DNA from: an uncultured virus (IMG/VR IMGVR_UViG_3300005440_000007)
Lineage: Duplodnaviria; Heunggongvirae; Uroviricota; Caudoviricetes
IMG/VR virus record: IMGVR_UViG_3300005440_000007
Strand: one strand, 5' to 3'
Length of the DNA stretch: 64,000 bases
Below the pieces are notes generated by a model, which had not been told where the DNA came from, searched no databases, and saw only the letters and a list, made by a program, of their open reading frames with translations. This document shows, piece after piece, positions 8,962-18,083 of this stretch. Position 1 is the stretch's first letter; each line of letters starts with the position of its first letter. Both the position numbers and the translations under genes were made by a program.

Positions 8962-9414
8962 CTATTTCGGAAACGCCTCCAGCCACATTTCATCCCGGAT
9001 CTGGGGGTAGGCTTCGCGCTTCGTGGCCACCGAGACGACCACGTCCATGGTCTTGTGCCGGAGCGTCCGGTGCGCGGCCGTGCGGTGATAGCCGTCGGCG
9101 ATCACGCCGGTCGCCGTCACGAACGCCGGCCATTCCGGAGCTCCCTTCTTCCAGAGCTCGATGATCCGGTCGTGCTGGAACTTCTCCTGGCCGGGATCTC
9201 GCGCGTCCTTCATCAGGCGCGCGAGCGTGACGTCGAGCTCCTTGACCGGAAAGCCTCGGATGAGGAACCAGCGGTAGTTGTCGGGGAAGTCGAAAGGATC
9301 CCACCCGGGTTCCGCCCGCTGGAACATGGGAAGGAATTCATGCCAGTCGACCTCGACGGCGTCGAAGTGACGATCCCAGAGGGCTTCGGAGATCTTTTCC
9401 GTGTCCTGGTACAT
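8962..9414 (-). CDS. ParB/Srx-like protein
   Basis: PAFVTATGVIADGYHRTAA motif. Confidence 0.7.
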   Translation of the reverse strand: MYQDTEKISEALWDRHFDAVEVDWHEFLPMFQRAEPGWDPFDFPDNYRWFLIRGFPVKELDVTLARLMKDARDPGQEKFQHDRIIELWKKGAPEWPAFVTATGVIADGYHRTAAHRTLRHKTMDVVVSVATKREAYPQIRDEMWLEAFPK

Positions 9415-9432
9415 AACCCCCTCGCTCAGGGG

Positions 9433-9711
9433 CTATAGCTTTTTCGGCTGATGACCGCCGGTGCCTTCCTCGTTCGTGTCGGGCGAGTCCGGACAGCCGT
9501 AGTCGAGGCCGCTGAAACCTTTCAGGGCCGAACCCCAGTCCGGGGCACCACCGCCCTCTACGATGTCGAGATAGATCTTTTGACCGCAATGGATGCACTG
9601 GGACTCCGCATCCTGGGCGGTCGCAACGAAGGCGTCGAAGAATTTTCCTGGGCCATAGGATTTCAGCCATTTGATCCACTCGGCCCTGTCTTTCGCGGTC
9701 GGCTTCGGCAT
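9433..9711 (-). CDS. hypothetical protein (CxxC..C..H)
   Basis: Start revised to MPKPTAK. Confidence 0.65.
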   Translation of the reverse strand: MPKPTAKDRAEWIKWLKSYGPGKFFDAFVATAQDAESQCIHCGQKIYLDIVEGGGAPDWGSALKGFSGLDYGCPDSPDTNEEGTGGHQPKKL

Positions 9712-9716
9712 CGTGC

Positions 9717-10073
9717 TTAGTCCTTGAAGAGAAGGGCGATGCCGGTGCCGGTGAGGCCGCCGATCAGGCCGCCCACGATCCCCGCCGTCTTCGTGTCGGG
9801 GCCCTTGGGGAACTTCTTGATGACTTTCGGCAGGAGGAACGTGAGGAGATAGCCCGCGAGCGCGCCCCCGCCGGCGCCGAGCCCCAGCGCGAGAGGCGTG
9901 CTCATCTTCTTCGCGGGCGGCGGCACGGGTGCTGGGATGGGTGCGGTGGTTTCCCCCTGCGGAGGAGGCGTCGCGGCCTGCGCCATGTACCGCGAGGTGT
10001 ACATCGGGGCCACGATGGGCTGGAATCCGCCGCGGCGCATGCTCGGATGGTAGGTCAAGGGCTGCTGGTACAT
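9717..10073 (-). CDS. Pro-rich membrane protein with two Gly-zipper TM helices (candidate virion membrane protein)
   Basis: GLGAGGGALAG and GIVGGLIGGLTG; AAGGA SD. Confidence 0.75.
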   Translation of the reverse strand: MYQQPLTYHPSMRRGGFQPIVAPMYTSRYMAQAATPPPQGETTAPIPAPVPPPAKKMSTPLALGLGAGGGALAGYLLTFLLPKVIKKFPKGPDTKTAGIVGGLIGGLTGTGIALLFKD

Positions 10074-10079
10074 GGTCGT

Positions 10080-10131
10080 TTCCTTTCCGCTCTACTCCAA
10101 GAGTATAGCGGGATCCGGGAAGGAATTCTAG
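10080..10131 (-). promoter_or_regulatory. putative promoter CTAGAA-N18-TATACT embedded in a hairpin covering the SD
   Basis: CCGCT-A-TACTC/GAGTA-G-AGCGG stem plus TTCCTT/AAGGAA. Confidence 0.55.
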
Positions 10132-10216
10132 AAGAGGAAGTGCCCAGGCCCCATTCAAGGGTTTCTCGGGAGGCCCGCGTCAGAGCCGGTTCCGATCGAC
10201 GCTCTGGGCCCCTGGA

Positions 10217-10486
10217 TTATACGCCGGCGGGAACGTCCTGGACCAGCTTGTAACCGCTCGCCGTGGGACGGAAACGGTTCAGACGGATCCAGGTGCGCGC
10301 GCCCAGCCCCGAAGGCGATTGGACCCGGGCCCGGCCGTCCTTGATCTCGAGTACCTTGATCCTCCGGATAGCGATGCCTTCCTTCTTCTGGCGAGGATCA
10401 TTGTCTTCCCAGACCTGCCCGACCTTCACTTCTACGTTCACGTTTTCCATCGTTTCCTCTTCGCGGTGATTATAGAACTTTTTCAT
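10217..10486 (-). CDS. hypothetical phage protein (SH3-like 'VKVGQVWEDNDPR')
   Basis: Motif common in small phage proteins; start may be 10451. Confidence 0.7.
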   Translation of the reverse strand: MKKFYNHREEETMENVNVEVKVGQVWEDNDPRQKKEGIAIRRIKVLEIKDGRARVQSPSGLGARTWIRLNRFRPTASGYKLVQDVPAGV

Positions 10487-10496
10487 TCGAGATCAA

Positions 10497-10739
10497 TTAG
10501 TAGAGATCCTCGCTGAACAAAGTGGTCTTTGGCTTTGGAATCTGCCCGGCTTCGAACGCCACCTTCGCGGCGTCTTCCCTGCTCAGGAACTTTCCGCACT
10601 CGGTGACGAAGCCCTGCTCACCGAGCACTGGAGCGACCTGGATCCCGCACTCGTCGACGATCTTCTTGATCACGTTGTGATGCCGGCGTCCGGTCCAGAT
10701 CTTCCCCTCGTGCATGATCGCGGCTTCCTTGATACGCAT
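10497..10739 (-). CDS. conserved hypothetical phage protein
   Basis: G.RH..QGFVT..GKFLSRE.A..A..AGQ..LFSEDLY pattern. Confidence 0.75.
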   Translation of the reverse strand: MRIKEAAIMHEGKIWTGRRHHNVIKKIVDECGIQVAPVLGEQGFVTECGKFLSREDAAKVAFEAGQIPKPKTTLFSEDLY

Positions 10740-10930
10740 CAGCGAATATTGAGCTTCGGAACCTTGACGCCCTTGCTCCGGTACATAGCGTCGAATCGCG
10801 GACCCCAGTAGCACGGCTCGCAGCGTTCGCCCGTCTCGTTTGGAGACGGCGTTCTTTTGTCGTTGTTGGAGCAGTGGGTGTGCGATCCGCATCCACCGCG
10901 GCAACCGCAGCTGTTTCTCGGAGCTGTCAT
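10739..10930 (-). CDS. small Cys-rich protein
   Basis: Coupled at both ends. Confidence 0.6.
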   Translation of the reverse strand: MTAPRNSCGCRGGCGSHTHCSNNDKRTPSPNETGERCEPCYWGPRFDAMYRSKGVKVPKLNIR

Positions 10931-11436
10931 CTGGTTCCACCCTTCCGAATTTCCTCGAGAATCTCCCAGGACTTTCTGGTCCACTTGGCGTCCTCGAGGG
11001 CGTGATGCTCGCCCTTGTGCCTGGCCGGAAGCTTGGGATTCCCCAGATCATCGGCCAACTGCTTGACGTCGCGGACGTAGTGCGGGATCCAGTCCGGAAG
11101 GTCGATCATCCGCCCCCAGAGTTGCGAGAACACTACCCAGTCGTAACTGCCGTACCAGGCCCAGATCTCCGGCATCCGGTGAGCCCCCGGCGATTCCTGC
11201 TCGAGGAGCCCGAAGATGAAGCGTTCGATCTCGTGGCGGATCTGGGGTCGTGGCTTCGATTCAACGCGATCGAGGTAGGGGAGCACGTTCTTCTGGACCC
11301 AATCGCTTGCCTTCGACCAGTCGGCGTCGCGCGAGACGGCGTAGTATTCCCGGCCGTTCTGGGAGACGAGCGCGATCGACAGCAGGTCGATCGTCTTCCC
11401 GTCGTCGATGAACTCGGTGTCGAGCCAGAATCTCAT
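10927..11436 (-). CDS. DEDD 3'-5' exoribonuclease (Rv2179c-like)
   Basis: LDTEF..LSIALV..WAWYGSYDWV..HHALEDA. Confidence 0.9.
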   Translation of the reverse strand: MRFWLDTEFIDDGKTIDLLSIALVSQNGREYYAVSRDADWSKASDWVQKNVLPYLDRVESKPRPQIRHEIERFIFGLLEQESPGAHRMPEIWAWYGSYDWVVFSQLWGRMIDLPDWIPHYVRDVKQLADDLGNPKLPARHKGEHHALEDAKWTRKSWEILEEIRKGGTR

Positions 11437-12383
11437 TGGCTCACCTTTTTGGCTCCAAACTCCAGCAGAACTTCATAGAGATTCCTTTCATCAGAGAATT
11501 CTCGATTTCCGATGTAAGTCGGCCTGACTGGAATTCTATCTCCGTGAAGAAGTCGCGCGTTTCGGCAACGCTCAGCAAGCCTACGCCAGTGCCCTCGACG
11601 GTGATGGGGGATTGGGCTCGCATGAGAACCATCGGACTTCCGCCCGCTCATACCCACCAAAACTTCGTGGTCGATCACGATAAAATGAGGTTTCTTGGCA
11701 GGATTTGGCCGATTCTCCAGAGCTCGCCGCTCTTCCCTTGGCGTCAGACGAGGGGTTACCTTGACGACGTAGTTTTCAGGATGGGAAATTGCGGCAACTA
11801 TACGAAGTAGTTGCCCGGTATTCCCAAAACACTCGTCCTTTACTCCGCGATCAGTAACCGGCTCGTAGTCAGCTTGATCGAGGTCGATCATGATCACGTC
11901 GGACATGTCAGCGCGGAATTGTTCCCCGATAGAAACCGGCCTCGACCCGTGATACCAGAAGCTCCAAAGCCGAGGAGGGATTCGGATTCGCGAGTTCTTT
12001 ACGGTATAGGAAAAAACCGAGAATGGCTGGCCTTCCTTTCCGAGGGCCGGATCTTCGATCAAACGAAATACATTCCAGCATTCTCCGACCTCAAAAAACT
12101 TCTGGCGTTTCGCGATGACCGTCACGTCCTTGAACGGCATGAGAATCCGTTCCCTGACATCCTCCTTCAGATCTTTCCAAATCTCCTCGATTTCGTTCTC
12201 AACCTTTTCCTCATCGCCAACGAAGAAGACATGGGATTTCGAAAAGCGCTCGACTGCTTTACCTTCCCCTCCGGACCATAAAATAATTTTCCCGAAAACC
12301 GAATCCAGGTGTTCGAGGAGTTCACCGAATCCAATGCAAGGTCCGAAGTCATTCGAATCGCTCATCTTAACGCCCCACGTCAC
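11433..12383 (-). CDS. hypothetical phage protein with SP.PH.RRGHWR motif
   Basis: C-terminal motif; visibly AT-richer than flanks. Confidence 0.75.
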   Translation of the reverse strand: MTWGVKMSDSNDFGPCIGFGELLEHLDSVFGKIILWSGGEGKAVERFSKSHVFFVGDEEKVENEIEEIWKDLKEDVRERILMPFKDVTVIAKRQKFFEVGECWNVFRLIEDPALGKEGQPFSVFSYTVKNSRIRIPPRLWSFWYHGSRPVSIGEQFRADMSDVIMIDLDQADYEPVTDRGVKDECFGNTGQLLRIVAAISHPENYVVKVTPRLTPREERRALENRPNPAKKPHFIVIDHEVLVGMSGRKSDGSHASPIPHHRRGHWRRLAERCRNARLLHGDRIPVRPTYIGNREFSDERNLYEVLLEFGAKKVSQ

Positions 12384-12392
12384 GTCCTTCTT

Positions 12393-13265
12393 TTAGTTCT
12401 TGAGGAGCTTGAGCGCCTGGGCGAGGCCTTCCCCGATCCCCTGCGCGAAGCTGGCGCTTTCCACGCCGTCGCCGATATCCCCGAAGGGGTTCTTGTAGAG
12501 ATCGGTCCTTCCGGGGCCGAACACCGTCGCCTCGTTCCGAAGCCAGGGCTCGGAGTGCTCCATGATCAGCTTCGCAGCCAGCACCTCCTCCTCGGGCGGC
12601 ACCGACCAGTCGTGGAAGTGGACGACCTTCTCGTCGTCGACATCGAAGCAGATCCGGCCCACCTGCTGGGCGAGCTTCGAATGACGGTGGGCGATGACGT
12701 AGCGGTGCCCGGAGAGGTGCCCCTGGACCAGGATCGCCCGCTCACGGGACCACTGCTCATGCTGCTCAGGGGAGAGGAAGGAAAGGAGCACCTCGGAGGC
12801 GGGCCCGATCGCGCCCGGCATGCACTGGGGACAGCACGGAGTCGGACGCTTCACGCTCGCGGCCTTGGCCTCCTTCTCCTTGGTCTCTTCCTTCTTCGCA
12901 CGGGCGACGGTGTCCTCGACCACCTGGAGGGACTCGACCGTTGCGCCCTCGACCACCTCCATCTTGCCGCTCGAGAACTTGACGGCGGTGAGGGTCCGGT
13001 CCTTGGGCCGGGCGACCGAGATCAGAGCGTTCGAGGCTTTCGCCAGGAAGGCATTCAGCTTGATCTCGAGCTCCTTCCCCTGATAGGGCTCGCCGGCGAC
13101 GGGCGCCTTGCCGTCCCACCAGTGCTTCTTTTCGGCGATCCGGAGGAACGCCCCCACGACCACGCGCTCCTGGGGCGTCGGGTCGATGAGAGTCAGCTTC
13201 GCGCCCTCGTCGCCGTCGGATTCGAGACGCATGTCTCCGTTCCAGGAAGGCAGGTAGATCTTCAT
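12393..13265 (-). CDS. hypothetical protein
   Basis: 290 aa, CCPQC, ATGA coupling. Confidence 0.75.
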   Translation of the reverse strand: MKIYLPSWNGDMRLESDGDEGAKLTLIDPTPQERVVVGAFLRIAEKKHWWDGKAPVAGEPYQGKELEIKLNAFLAKASNALISVARPKDRTLTAVKFSSGKMEVVEGATVESLQVVEDTVARAKKEETKEKEAKAASVKRPTPCCPQCMPGAIGPASEVLLSFLSPEQHEQWSRERAILVQGHLSGHRYVIAHRHSKLAQQVGRICFDVDDEKVVHFHDWSVPPEEEVLAAKLIMEHSEPWLRNEATVFGPGRTDLYKNPFGDIGDGVESASFAQGIGEGLAQALKLLKN

Positions 13266-13804
13266 GCCGCGGACGCCTCCTTTTGCGGCTCGGTGGCCGC
13301 GGGGACCGCCACGGGGGCAGCCGTGACGACCTTCTTCTTGATCCCGAGCTGCTCCTCGAGTTCGCGCGCCACGTCGTCCAGGCCCTTCTCTTTGGCGATG
13401 GCGATCGCCTCGACCAGGCGGGCCGGGGAGGTGCCGTTTCCGTTGAAGTTCTTCGCGGCGGCGATGATCTCCCGCATCGCGGTCATGCCGAAGTTCTCGG
13501 ACATGGGCGCCGTCGCGAAGACAGGGCTTGCCATCTGACCGGACATCTGCTCGAGATCATCGTCGCCCATCGGAGCCGCCCCAAGATACCCGCCGAACGG
13601 ACTCTGGGGACGCTTGACGAGAGAGGCCAGGTTCTTCGGGCTCTCGACCATCGCGGCGAGGAGGTCTCGTCCCGTCTTCGCGACCCGGACGATCCGGAGC
13701 AGCACGTCCACCGTGAGCGTTCCGTCTTGTTTCGAATCACCCTCCGTCGCGATCTTGATGATCTCCGTCCGGATCGCCTCCGCCATGGGATGCTTTTCAG
13801 CCAC
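13262..13804 (-). CDS. hypothetical protein
   Basis: AGGAGG SD. Confidence 0.75.
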   Translation of the reverse strand: MAEKHPMAEAIRTEIIKIATEGDSKQDGTLTVDVLLRIVRVAKTGRDLLAAMVESPKNLASLVKRPQSPFGGYLGAAPMGDDDLEQMSGQMASPVFATAPMSENFGMTAMREIIAAAKNFNGNGTSPARLVEAIAIAKEKGLDDVARELEEQLGIKKKVVTAAPVAVPAATEPQKEASAA

Positions 13805-13826
13805 TGCGAGACCTCCTAAAGTAGTT

Positions 13827-14225
13827 CTATCCAGAAATCACGGATCGGGGGACGGGAAGATTGATCGGATCCGGCGCCGGCGGAACGCCCGACGGAAAGG
13901 TGGATCCTGCGTTCACGCTGGTTGAGCTCGAGGTGTCGATCTGCTGATTCCCGATCGGCAGCGGCGCAGGCGGCACATGGCACGCATGCCGGACATGCGC
14001 GAAGTAGACGACGGGTTCCTCGCCTTCCCTATAAAAGGGCTCCTGCCGCTGGCAAGGACCGAGCGCAATCCGCTTCACGCCGTCAATCTCCGGCGTCGCC
14101 ACGATCACGAGCATCTTCATCTCGGGGACGTCGAAGTACTCGACTTTCTTCGATCCGGGCTCGGCGACGTGGAAGACGATCTTCGGGCAGACCGGACACT
14201 TCGCCTTGAAGATATGCAGCTTCAT
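13827..14225 (-). CDS. hypothetical protein (CxxC..H..C)
   Basis: Packing and codon usage. Confidence 0.65.
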   Translation of the reverse strand: MKLHIFKAKCPVCPKIVFHVAEPGSKKVEYFDVPEMKMLVIVATPEIDGVKRIALGPCQRQEPFYREGEEPVVYFAHVRHACHVPPAPLPIGNQQIDTSSSTSVNAGSTFPSGVPPAPDPINLPVPRSVISG

Positions 14226-14243
14226 TTCAAAATCTTCCCTAAA

Positions 14244-14585
14244 CTACGGGGGCGTATTTCCACTGGTCTTGTTCGCGCACTCAAGCGCGGCTCTGCAGAT
14301 CGCCTCGGCTGCGGTGTCCCCCCAGCCGAAAATGTAGTTCTCCTTCCGGTCGATCGAACAGTCGAATCGACATCCCCACTCGCCGCCAACCGCCTTAGAT
14401 CCTTGTCCGAGCATCACGACCCCGGACTTGAAGACGACTGGGGCGAAGTGCTTGAATTTCTCGACGAGGGCCCATGCCAGCCCGATCTCTTTCGAATACG
14501 GTGGCGGCACATGGTCCCCGGTATATTCGAGATGCTCAAGGACGTATTCCGCGACGGCCCAGTCGAGTTCCCGAAGCGACAACAT
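14244..14585 (-). CDS. phage ABA-sandwich-domain-like protein
   Basis: ELD..VAE..PPYS..I..AW.LVEK..TA.EAICRAAL. Confidence 0.75.
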   Translation of the reverse strand: MLSLRELDWAVAEYVLEHLEYTGDHVPPPYSKEIGLAWALVEKFKHFAPVVFKSGVVMLGQGSKAVGGEWGCRFDCSIDRKENYIFGWGDTAAEAICRAALECANKTSGNTPP

Positions 14586-14612
14586 TTGCCCCGCCCCTCT
14601 CTTAATTTTAAG

Positions 14613-14807
14613 CTACCCGTCGTTTTTCCCATCATGAACGCCGGCGTCGTAGGCCATACGGATGATGTCGTTGAGTTCTTTACTCATGACCTCGGAACTG
14701 AGCTTCCGATCTCTCGTCAGCCCGTCATGAGCCCAGCGGATCATGAACGCATCACGCTTCTCGGTGAGCACCTTGCGGATCTTTCGGACGTTCGTCGGAG
14801 CGTTCAT
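14613..14807 (-). CDS. small hypothetical protein (MNAPT...)
   Basis: ATG 1 nt after the upstream stop. Confidence 0.6.
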   Translation of the reverse strand: MNAPTNVRKIRKVLTEKRDAFMIRWAHDGLTRDRKLSSEVMSKELNDIIRMAYDAGVHDGKNDG

Positions 14808-14808
14808 G

Positions 14809-15057
14809 TCAATCCTGTACGTGCTTTGCAATCACGACCTTGTCCGGACCGTGCTTCACGGGATTATAGCCCCACGCAGGAAAGGCCCGACTGTAGTCCA
14901 TCTTGTTGACTTCAACGGACTGGGCAGGGGCATGGATTTTTTCAGATTCGAAGAAAGCCAGTTCGCCGCCGCCGTCCGACAGCCAGCCCAGGAACCGCTC
15001 TCGGGCATTGAGGGTTGGAAACTCGATGATGACCCGGGTTGCCTTTGGTTTTTTCAT
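14809..15057 (-). CDS. hypothetical protein
   Basis: Packing. Confidence 0.65.
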   Translation of the reverse strand: MKKPKATRVIIEFPTLNARERFLGWLSDGGGELAFFESEKIHAPAQSVEVNKMDYSRAFPAWGYNPVKHGPDKVVIAKHVQD

Positions 15058-15063
15058 AGTACT

Positions 15064-15297
15064 CTAAGGCTTCAAGCCACCTGGAACATCCGTCCAGGCC
15101 ATCAAGGCCGAACGGAAGTGCATCCTTTCCATCCCGTCCTCCCAGAGAACAAGAACGCGGTGCTGCGCCGGATCCGGATCTTCGAAATCCTTGACGACCA
15201 GGCCGTAATAGGGATTGAAGCTCTTGTCGTCCCGATGCTGCTGGAGCAGCATGACCTCCTCCGTCGGCTCCAGCTTCCGTTCTCCGGGAGCGTTCAT
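15064..15297 (-). CDS. hypothetical protein (MNAPG...)
   Basis: ATGA coupling. Confidence 0.65.
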   Translation of the reverse strand: MNAPGERKLEPTEEVMLLQQHRDDKSFNPYYGLVVKDFEDPDPAQHRVLVLWEDGMERMHFRSALMAWTDVPGGLKP

Positions 15298-15503
15298 GAG
15301 GCCTGCCGATCCTGGGCGAGGAACATCTGGACGAGCTCCTTGGCGCGGGCTTTGAGCACCATGAAGTTCTGGACCTCACGGCCTTCGAAGCACTCATTCC
15401 CGATCCAGAGCAGGAACCGGGACGTCTGAGCGCCTTCTTTGATCCCATTGGCCTGCGCGGCCGCGATGAGTTCGTCGACTTTTTCCTGATCCGACTGCGT
15501 CAT
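15294..15503 (-). CDS. hypothetical protein
   Basis: Packing. Confidence 0.65.
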   Translation of the reverse strand: MTQSDQEKVDELIAAAQANGIKEGAQTSRFLLWIGNECFEGREVQNFMVLKARAKELVQMFLAQDRQAS

Positions 15504-15515
15504 GGAACTCTGTCC

Positions 15516-16100
15516 TTATCCTTCGACCGTTTCGAGATTCCCCTGAAGCGACTTGAGCGACGGACGCTGCTTCCCTGCCGTCCAGACCTTCGGAACATGC
15601 TTTTCGATCCACTTGTTGACGTACTTCTCGAGCTTGGCCGGATTGTCGGCGTCCAAGCCGTCAGGAAGGTGGTCGGAGAGAAAGTCATTGAGGTCGAAAT
15701 AGGGCGGATCCTCGACCACGCAGATCACCAAGCGCATGTCCTCGAGCTTGATGTCCTCCTGCTCGAGGTGCTCCCGGAGATCGTCCGCGCTGAAGAAGAA
15801 CCGATCGTTGTCGTCCTCGACGAGAGGAACTTCTCCGTCCCAGTCGACTTCCTCCATCTTGAGGTATCGCTCGAGGTCCCGCTTGCTGTCGCACATGGGA
15901 CAGTAGATCCGGGAGCGCGGGGCCCGGTTCTGGCAGCCCTTCGTGTCGCACTGATGGTCCTTCTCGCAGCAGTAGCGGGCGGTCCGTTCGGCGCCCTCTT
16001 CTTTTCCGTAGAAGCGGCGACAAGTCTTGCAGACCCATCCTTCGATGTTGGTCCGGTACTCCGCTGCCGCTTCGTTCGGGAGCGTTCCGTTCTCGCCCAT
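15516..16100 (-). CDS. Cys-rich hypothetical phage protein
   Basis: GWVC..ARYCC..C..C..C..C. Confidence 0.75.
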   Translation of the reverse strand: MGENGTLPNEAAAEYRTNIEGWVCKTCRRFYGKEEGAERTARYCCEKDHQCDTKGCQNRAPRSRIYCPMCDSKRDLERYLKMEEVDWDGEVPLVEDDNDRFFFSADDLREHLEQEDIKLEDMRLVICVVEDPPYFDLNDFLSDHLPDGLDADNPAKLEKYVNKWIEKHVPKVWTAGKQRPSLKSLQGNLETVEG

Positions 16101-16334
16101 TCAAGCTTTCCCTTCCACAAGATGGAGCGTCTTCCGCTCGGCCTCGGCGACGGCTTCGGAGACCGCATCCTGAGCCTCGAGGCTGGTAAAGCTTCCGTAG
16201 AGCCGGCCATTTTCATGGAAGAAGGCCGCTCCCCACTGCCCCCTGGAAAACGAGAGGGAGAATCGCATCCAGCTTGAACGCTTCAGAATCGCGTCCACGC
16301 GGCTCCAGACGTCTTTCGAGACGAGAATAGCCAT
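16101..16334 (-). CDS. hypothetical protein
   Basis: Packing. Confidence 0.6.
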   Translation of the reverse strand: MAILVSKDVWSRVDAILKRSSWMRFSLSFSRGQWGAAFFHENGRLYGSFTSLEAQDAVSEAVAEAERKTLHLVEGKA

Positions 16335-16346
16335 GCCTTTAAGACC

Positions 16347-16565
16347 TCAGAAGTCGTATTCCACCCAGAACGACTGGCCGCAGGCACAGTTGACGTGCTG
16401 CATCTGACCAATCGACGTATCGGTGAAGGTGTAGGTAATCCGGCCCCCGATCGCCGTCTTTTCGGGCTTGCCGCGAAGGCTGCAGGGGTGAGTTCTGAGC
16501 CACTGGTCGACCTGGGGGATCTTTTCCGCCGGGATCGTGAAAACCCGATCCGCCACCTTCTCCAT
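16347..16565 (-). CDS. hypothetical phage protein, likely leaderless
   Basis: AIGGR.TY.FT.TSIG..V.C.CG motif; ATG 7 nt after -10. Confidence 0.75.
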   Translation of the reverse strand: MEKVADRVFTIPAEKIPQVDQWLRTHPCSLRGKPEKTAIGGRITYTFTDTSIGQMQHVNCACGQSFWVEYDF

Positions 16566-16572
16566 GGACCTG

Positions 16573-16600
16573 AGTATACCGCGTATACGCAGGAGGTCAA
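16573..16600 (-). promoter_or_regulatory. sigma70 promoter with GCGTATACGC operator in spacer
   Basis: TTGACC-TCCTGCGTATACGCGG-TATACT. Confidence 0.85.
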
Positions 16601-16875
16601 GAATTATGCGGCAGCAGGCAGTTCATGTCCTCGTCGAGCCAGACCAGGAAGCCCTTGGCGTCCTCGGGCCCGTAGCCCTTCCTGACCATTTCTTCGGAGA
16701 GACACATGCCGATGACGATCTTCGAAACGAGCAGGCGATGCTCGAGCGCCGGAAGGGACTGGAGATACGTCTTCACCCGTTCCCGCAGAAGCTCGTCTTT
16801 AATCCCACTGCTGACGCAACCTCTATCGTAGGCGTAAAGGCCGTCGAGCGCGTCCTCGAGCTCCTCGTACTTCAC
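16597..16875 (-). CDS. hypothetical protein
   Basis: GTGA coupling. Confidence 0.7.
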   Translation of the reverse strand: MKYEELEDALDGLYAYDRGCVSSGIKDELLRERVKTYLQSLPALEHRLLVSKIVIGMCLSEEMVRKGYGPEDAKGFLVWLDEDMNCLLPHNS

Positions 16876-17156
16876 TTCGCCCTCCTCGCCGGCGTGGGCC
16901 TCTTCCCGGCCATGAACTCCTTGTACGAGACCGAGTTTCCGGTGGGCCCGCAGGACAGAATGAAATTACCGCGACTCAGATAGACCTCACGCACGTCGCT
17001 TCTGGTCTTCCTCTTGGTGAATGGCGTGTATTCGAGATCGACGCACCCGCTTCCGTCGCAACGGGAGCAGACGACCGCGATTCCGGGGCCTTCGGCCATC
17101 CCCCTATAGAGTCCGGTTCCGTCGCACGCCGGACATTCGGACTTCACGCTTGCCAT
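16872..17156 (-). CDS. DnaJ-type Zn-finger small protein
   Basis: CPACDGTG..CSRCDGSG. Confidence 0.75.
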   Translation of the reverse strand: MASVKSECPACDGTGLYRGMAEGPGIAVVCSRCDGSGCVDLEYTPFTKRKTRSDVREVYLSRGNFILSCGPTGNSVSYKEFMAGKRPTPARRAK

Positions 17157-17166
17157 GGCTCCTCCT

Positions 17167-17610
17167 TCAATGTTTCGGCATGTCCCCCACGATCACCCGA
17201 AGTACGGGCATCGTGTATGGGAAATGAGAGGTGATTCCACGCGGATCCATGGCGGATCCGGATTCCACGGGAGCGTTTTCTCCGGAAGACTTCATTTCCA
17301 GCTTCCGGAAGAGGTTGGAGGATGCCAGATACCCACCGTGCCCGGAATTGTCTCCAGGGAGCGGGAATCCGATGAAGCAATCGCCCACCTGCAGATCCCC
17401 GAACTGGAGCTTCTTCTGGTCGTCCTTCTCGGCCACCTCCGGACGGCCCTTGGCGCCGGCGTCGTCCCAGCCTTCCTTGTAGGCGTTGGCCAGGGCCTCC
17501 ACGAAATCCTCCCGCCTCACGGCGACAAGGTCGCTCTTCCCCTGCGTCTGGGTCAGGATTTTCTTGGCCTTGTCGACGGCCTGCTTGTAGTCGAATCTCA
17601 TGAGCGTCAT
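17167..17610 (-). CDS. hypothetical protein
   Basis: Packing; ATGA coupling. Confidence 0.7.
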   Translation of the reverse strand: MTLMRFDYKQAVDKAKKILTQTQGKSDLVAVRREDFVEALANAYKEGWDDAGAKGRPEVAEKDDQKKLQFGDLQVGDCFIGFPLPGDNSGHGGYLASSNLFRKLEMKSSGENAPVESGSAMDPRGITSHFPYTMPVLRVIVGDMPKH

Positions 17611-17762
17611 TGTTCCTTTCTTTCATTCTCTCGAGCCATCTGCTTGAGTTCGAACGCGAGCCACCGTGCTGTTCTTTCGGACGACAGACGGCGATCGCGC
17701 CGTCGAAGCAGGTGCTCGATCACGATGATGACCACGAAGATCGCCATGCAGATCCAGAACAT
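17607..17762 (-). CDS. 51-aa single-TM protein (not in ORF track)
   Basis: MFWICMAIFVVIIVIEHLLRRR...; TAGATG and ATGA junctions. Confidence 0.7.
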   Translation of the reverse strand: MFWICMAIFVVIIVIEHLLRRRDRRLSSERTARWLAFELKQMARENERKEQ

Positions 17763-18083
17763 CTACGCCTTCACCTTGGCCGGATCCATCCCGGGCCTCA
17801 TCTTGGAAGGTGTCCGACCCTTCACAGCCGCCCACCAGTTGCAGGCAGCCGCGGCGACGGTGATGATCCGGTGGAGCTTCTTCGATTTGTTGCCGCCCGG
17901 ATTGTGAAGCGCTTTCCCCGCGAGATATCCGATCAGCCAGAGCCAGTCGGCATCGGTCTTCCCGCCGTCGTGCTCTGCGCTCCACCGGACACGCTGGTAG
18001 GCCGCTTCCTTCCTGACCGCTTCGAAGAAGTCGTCGATCTCCGGAGCCCCGAGCGCCTTCTTGCAGGGCTCGCAGAGACTCAT
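17763..18083 (-). CDS. hypothetical protein, possibly MazG-like all-alpha fold
   Basis: EA.YQ..RW..HD..K..DW.WLIGYLAGKA..ITVAA. Confidence 0.6.
   Translation of the reverse strand: MSLCEPCKKALGAPEIDDFFEAVRKEAAYQRVRWSAEHDGGKTDADWLWLIGYLAGKALHNPGGNKSKKLHRIITVAAAACNWWAAVKGRTPSKMRPGMDPAKVKA

Noticed and set aside
10140..10216. Nested stems with CUGAcG...GAAAC resembling a hammerhead ribozyme
   Set aside because: The core deviates (CUGACGC, no UH cleavage site, wrong stem I arrangement); at most an ordinary hairpin region.
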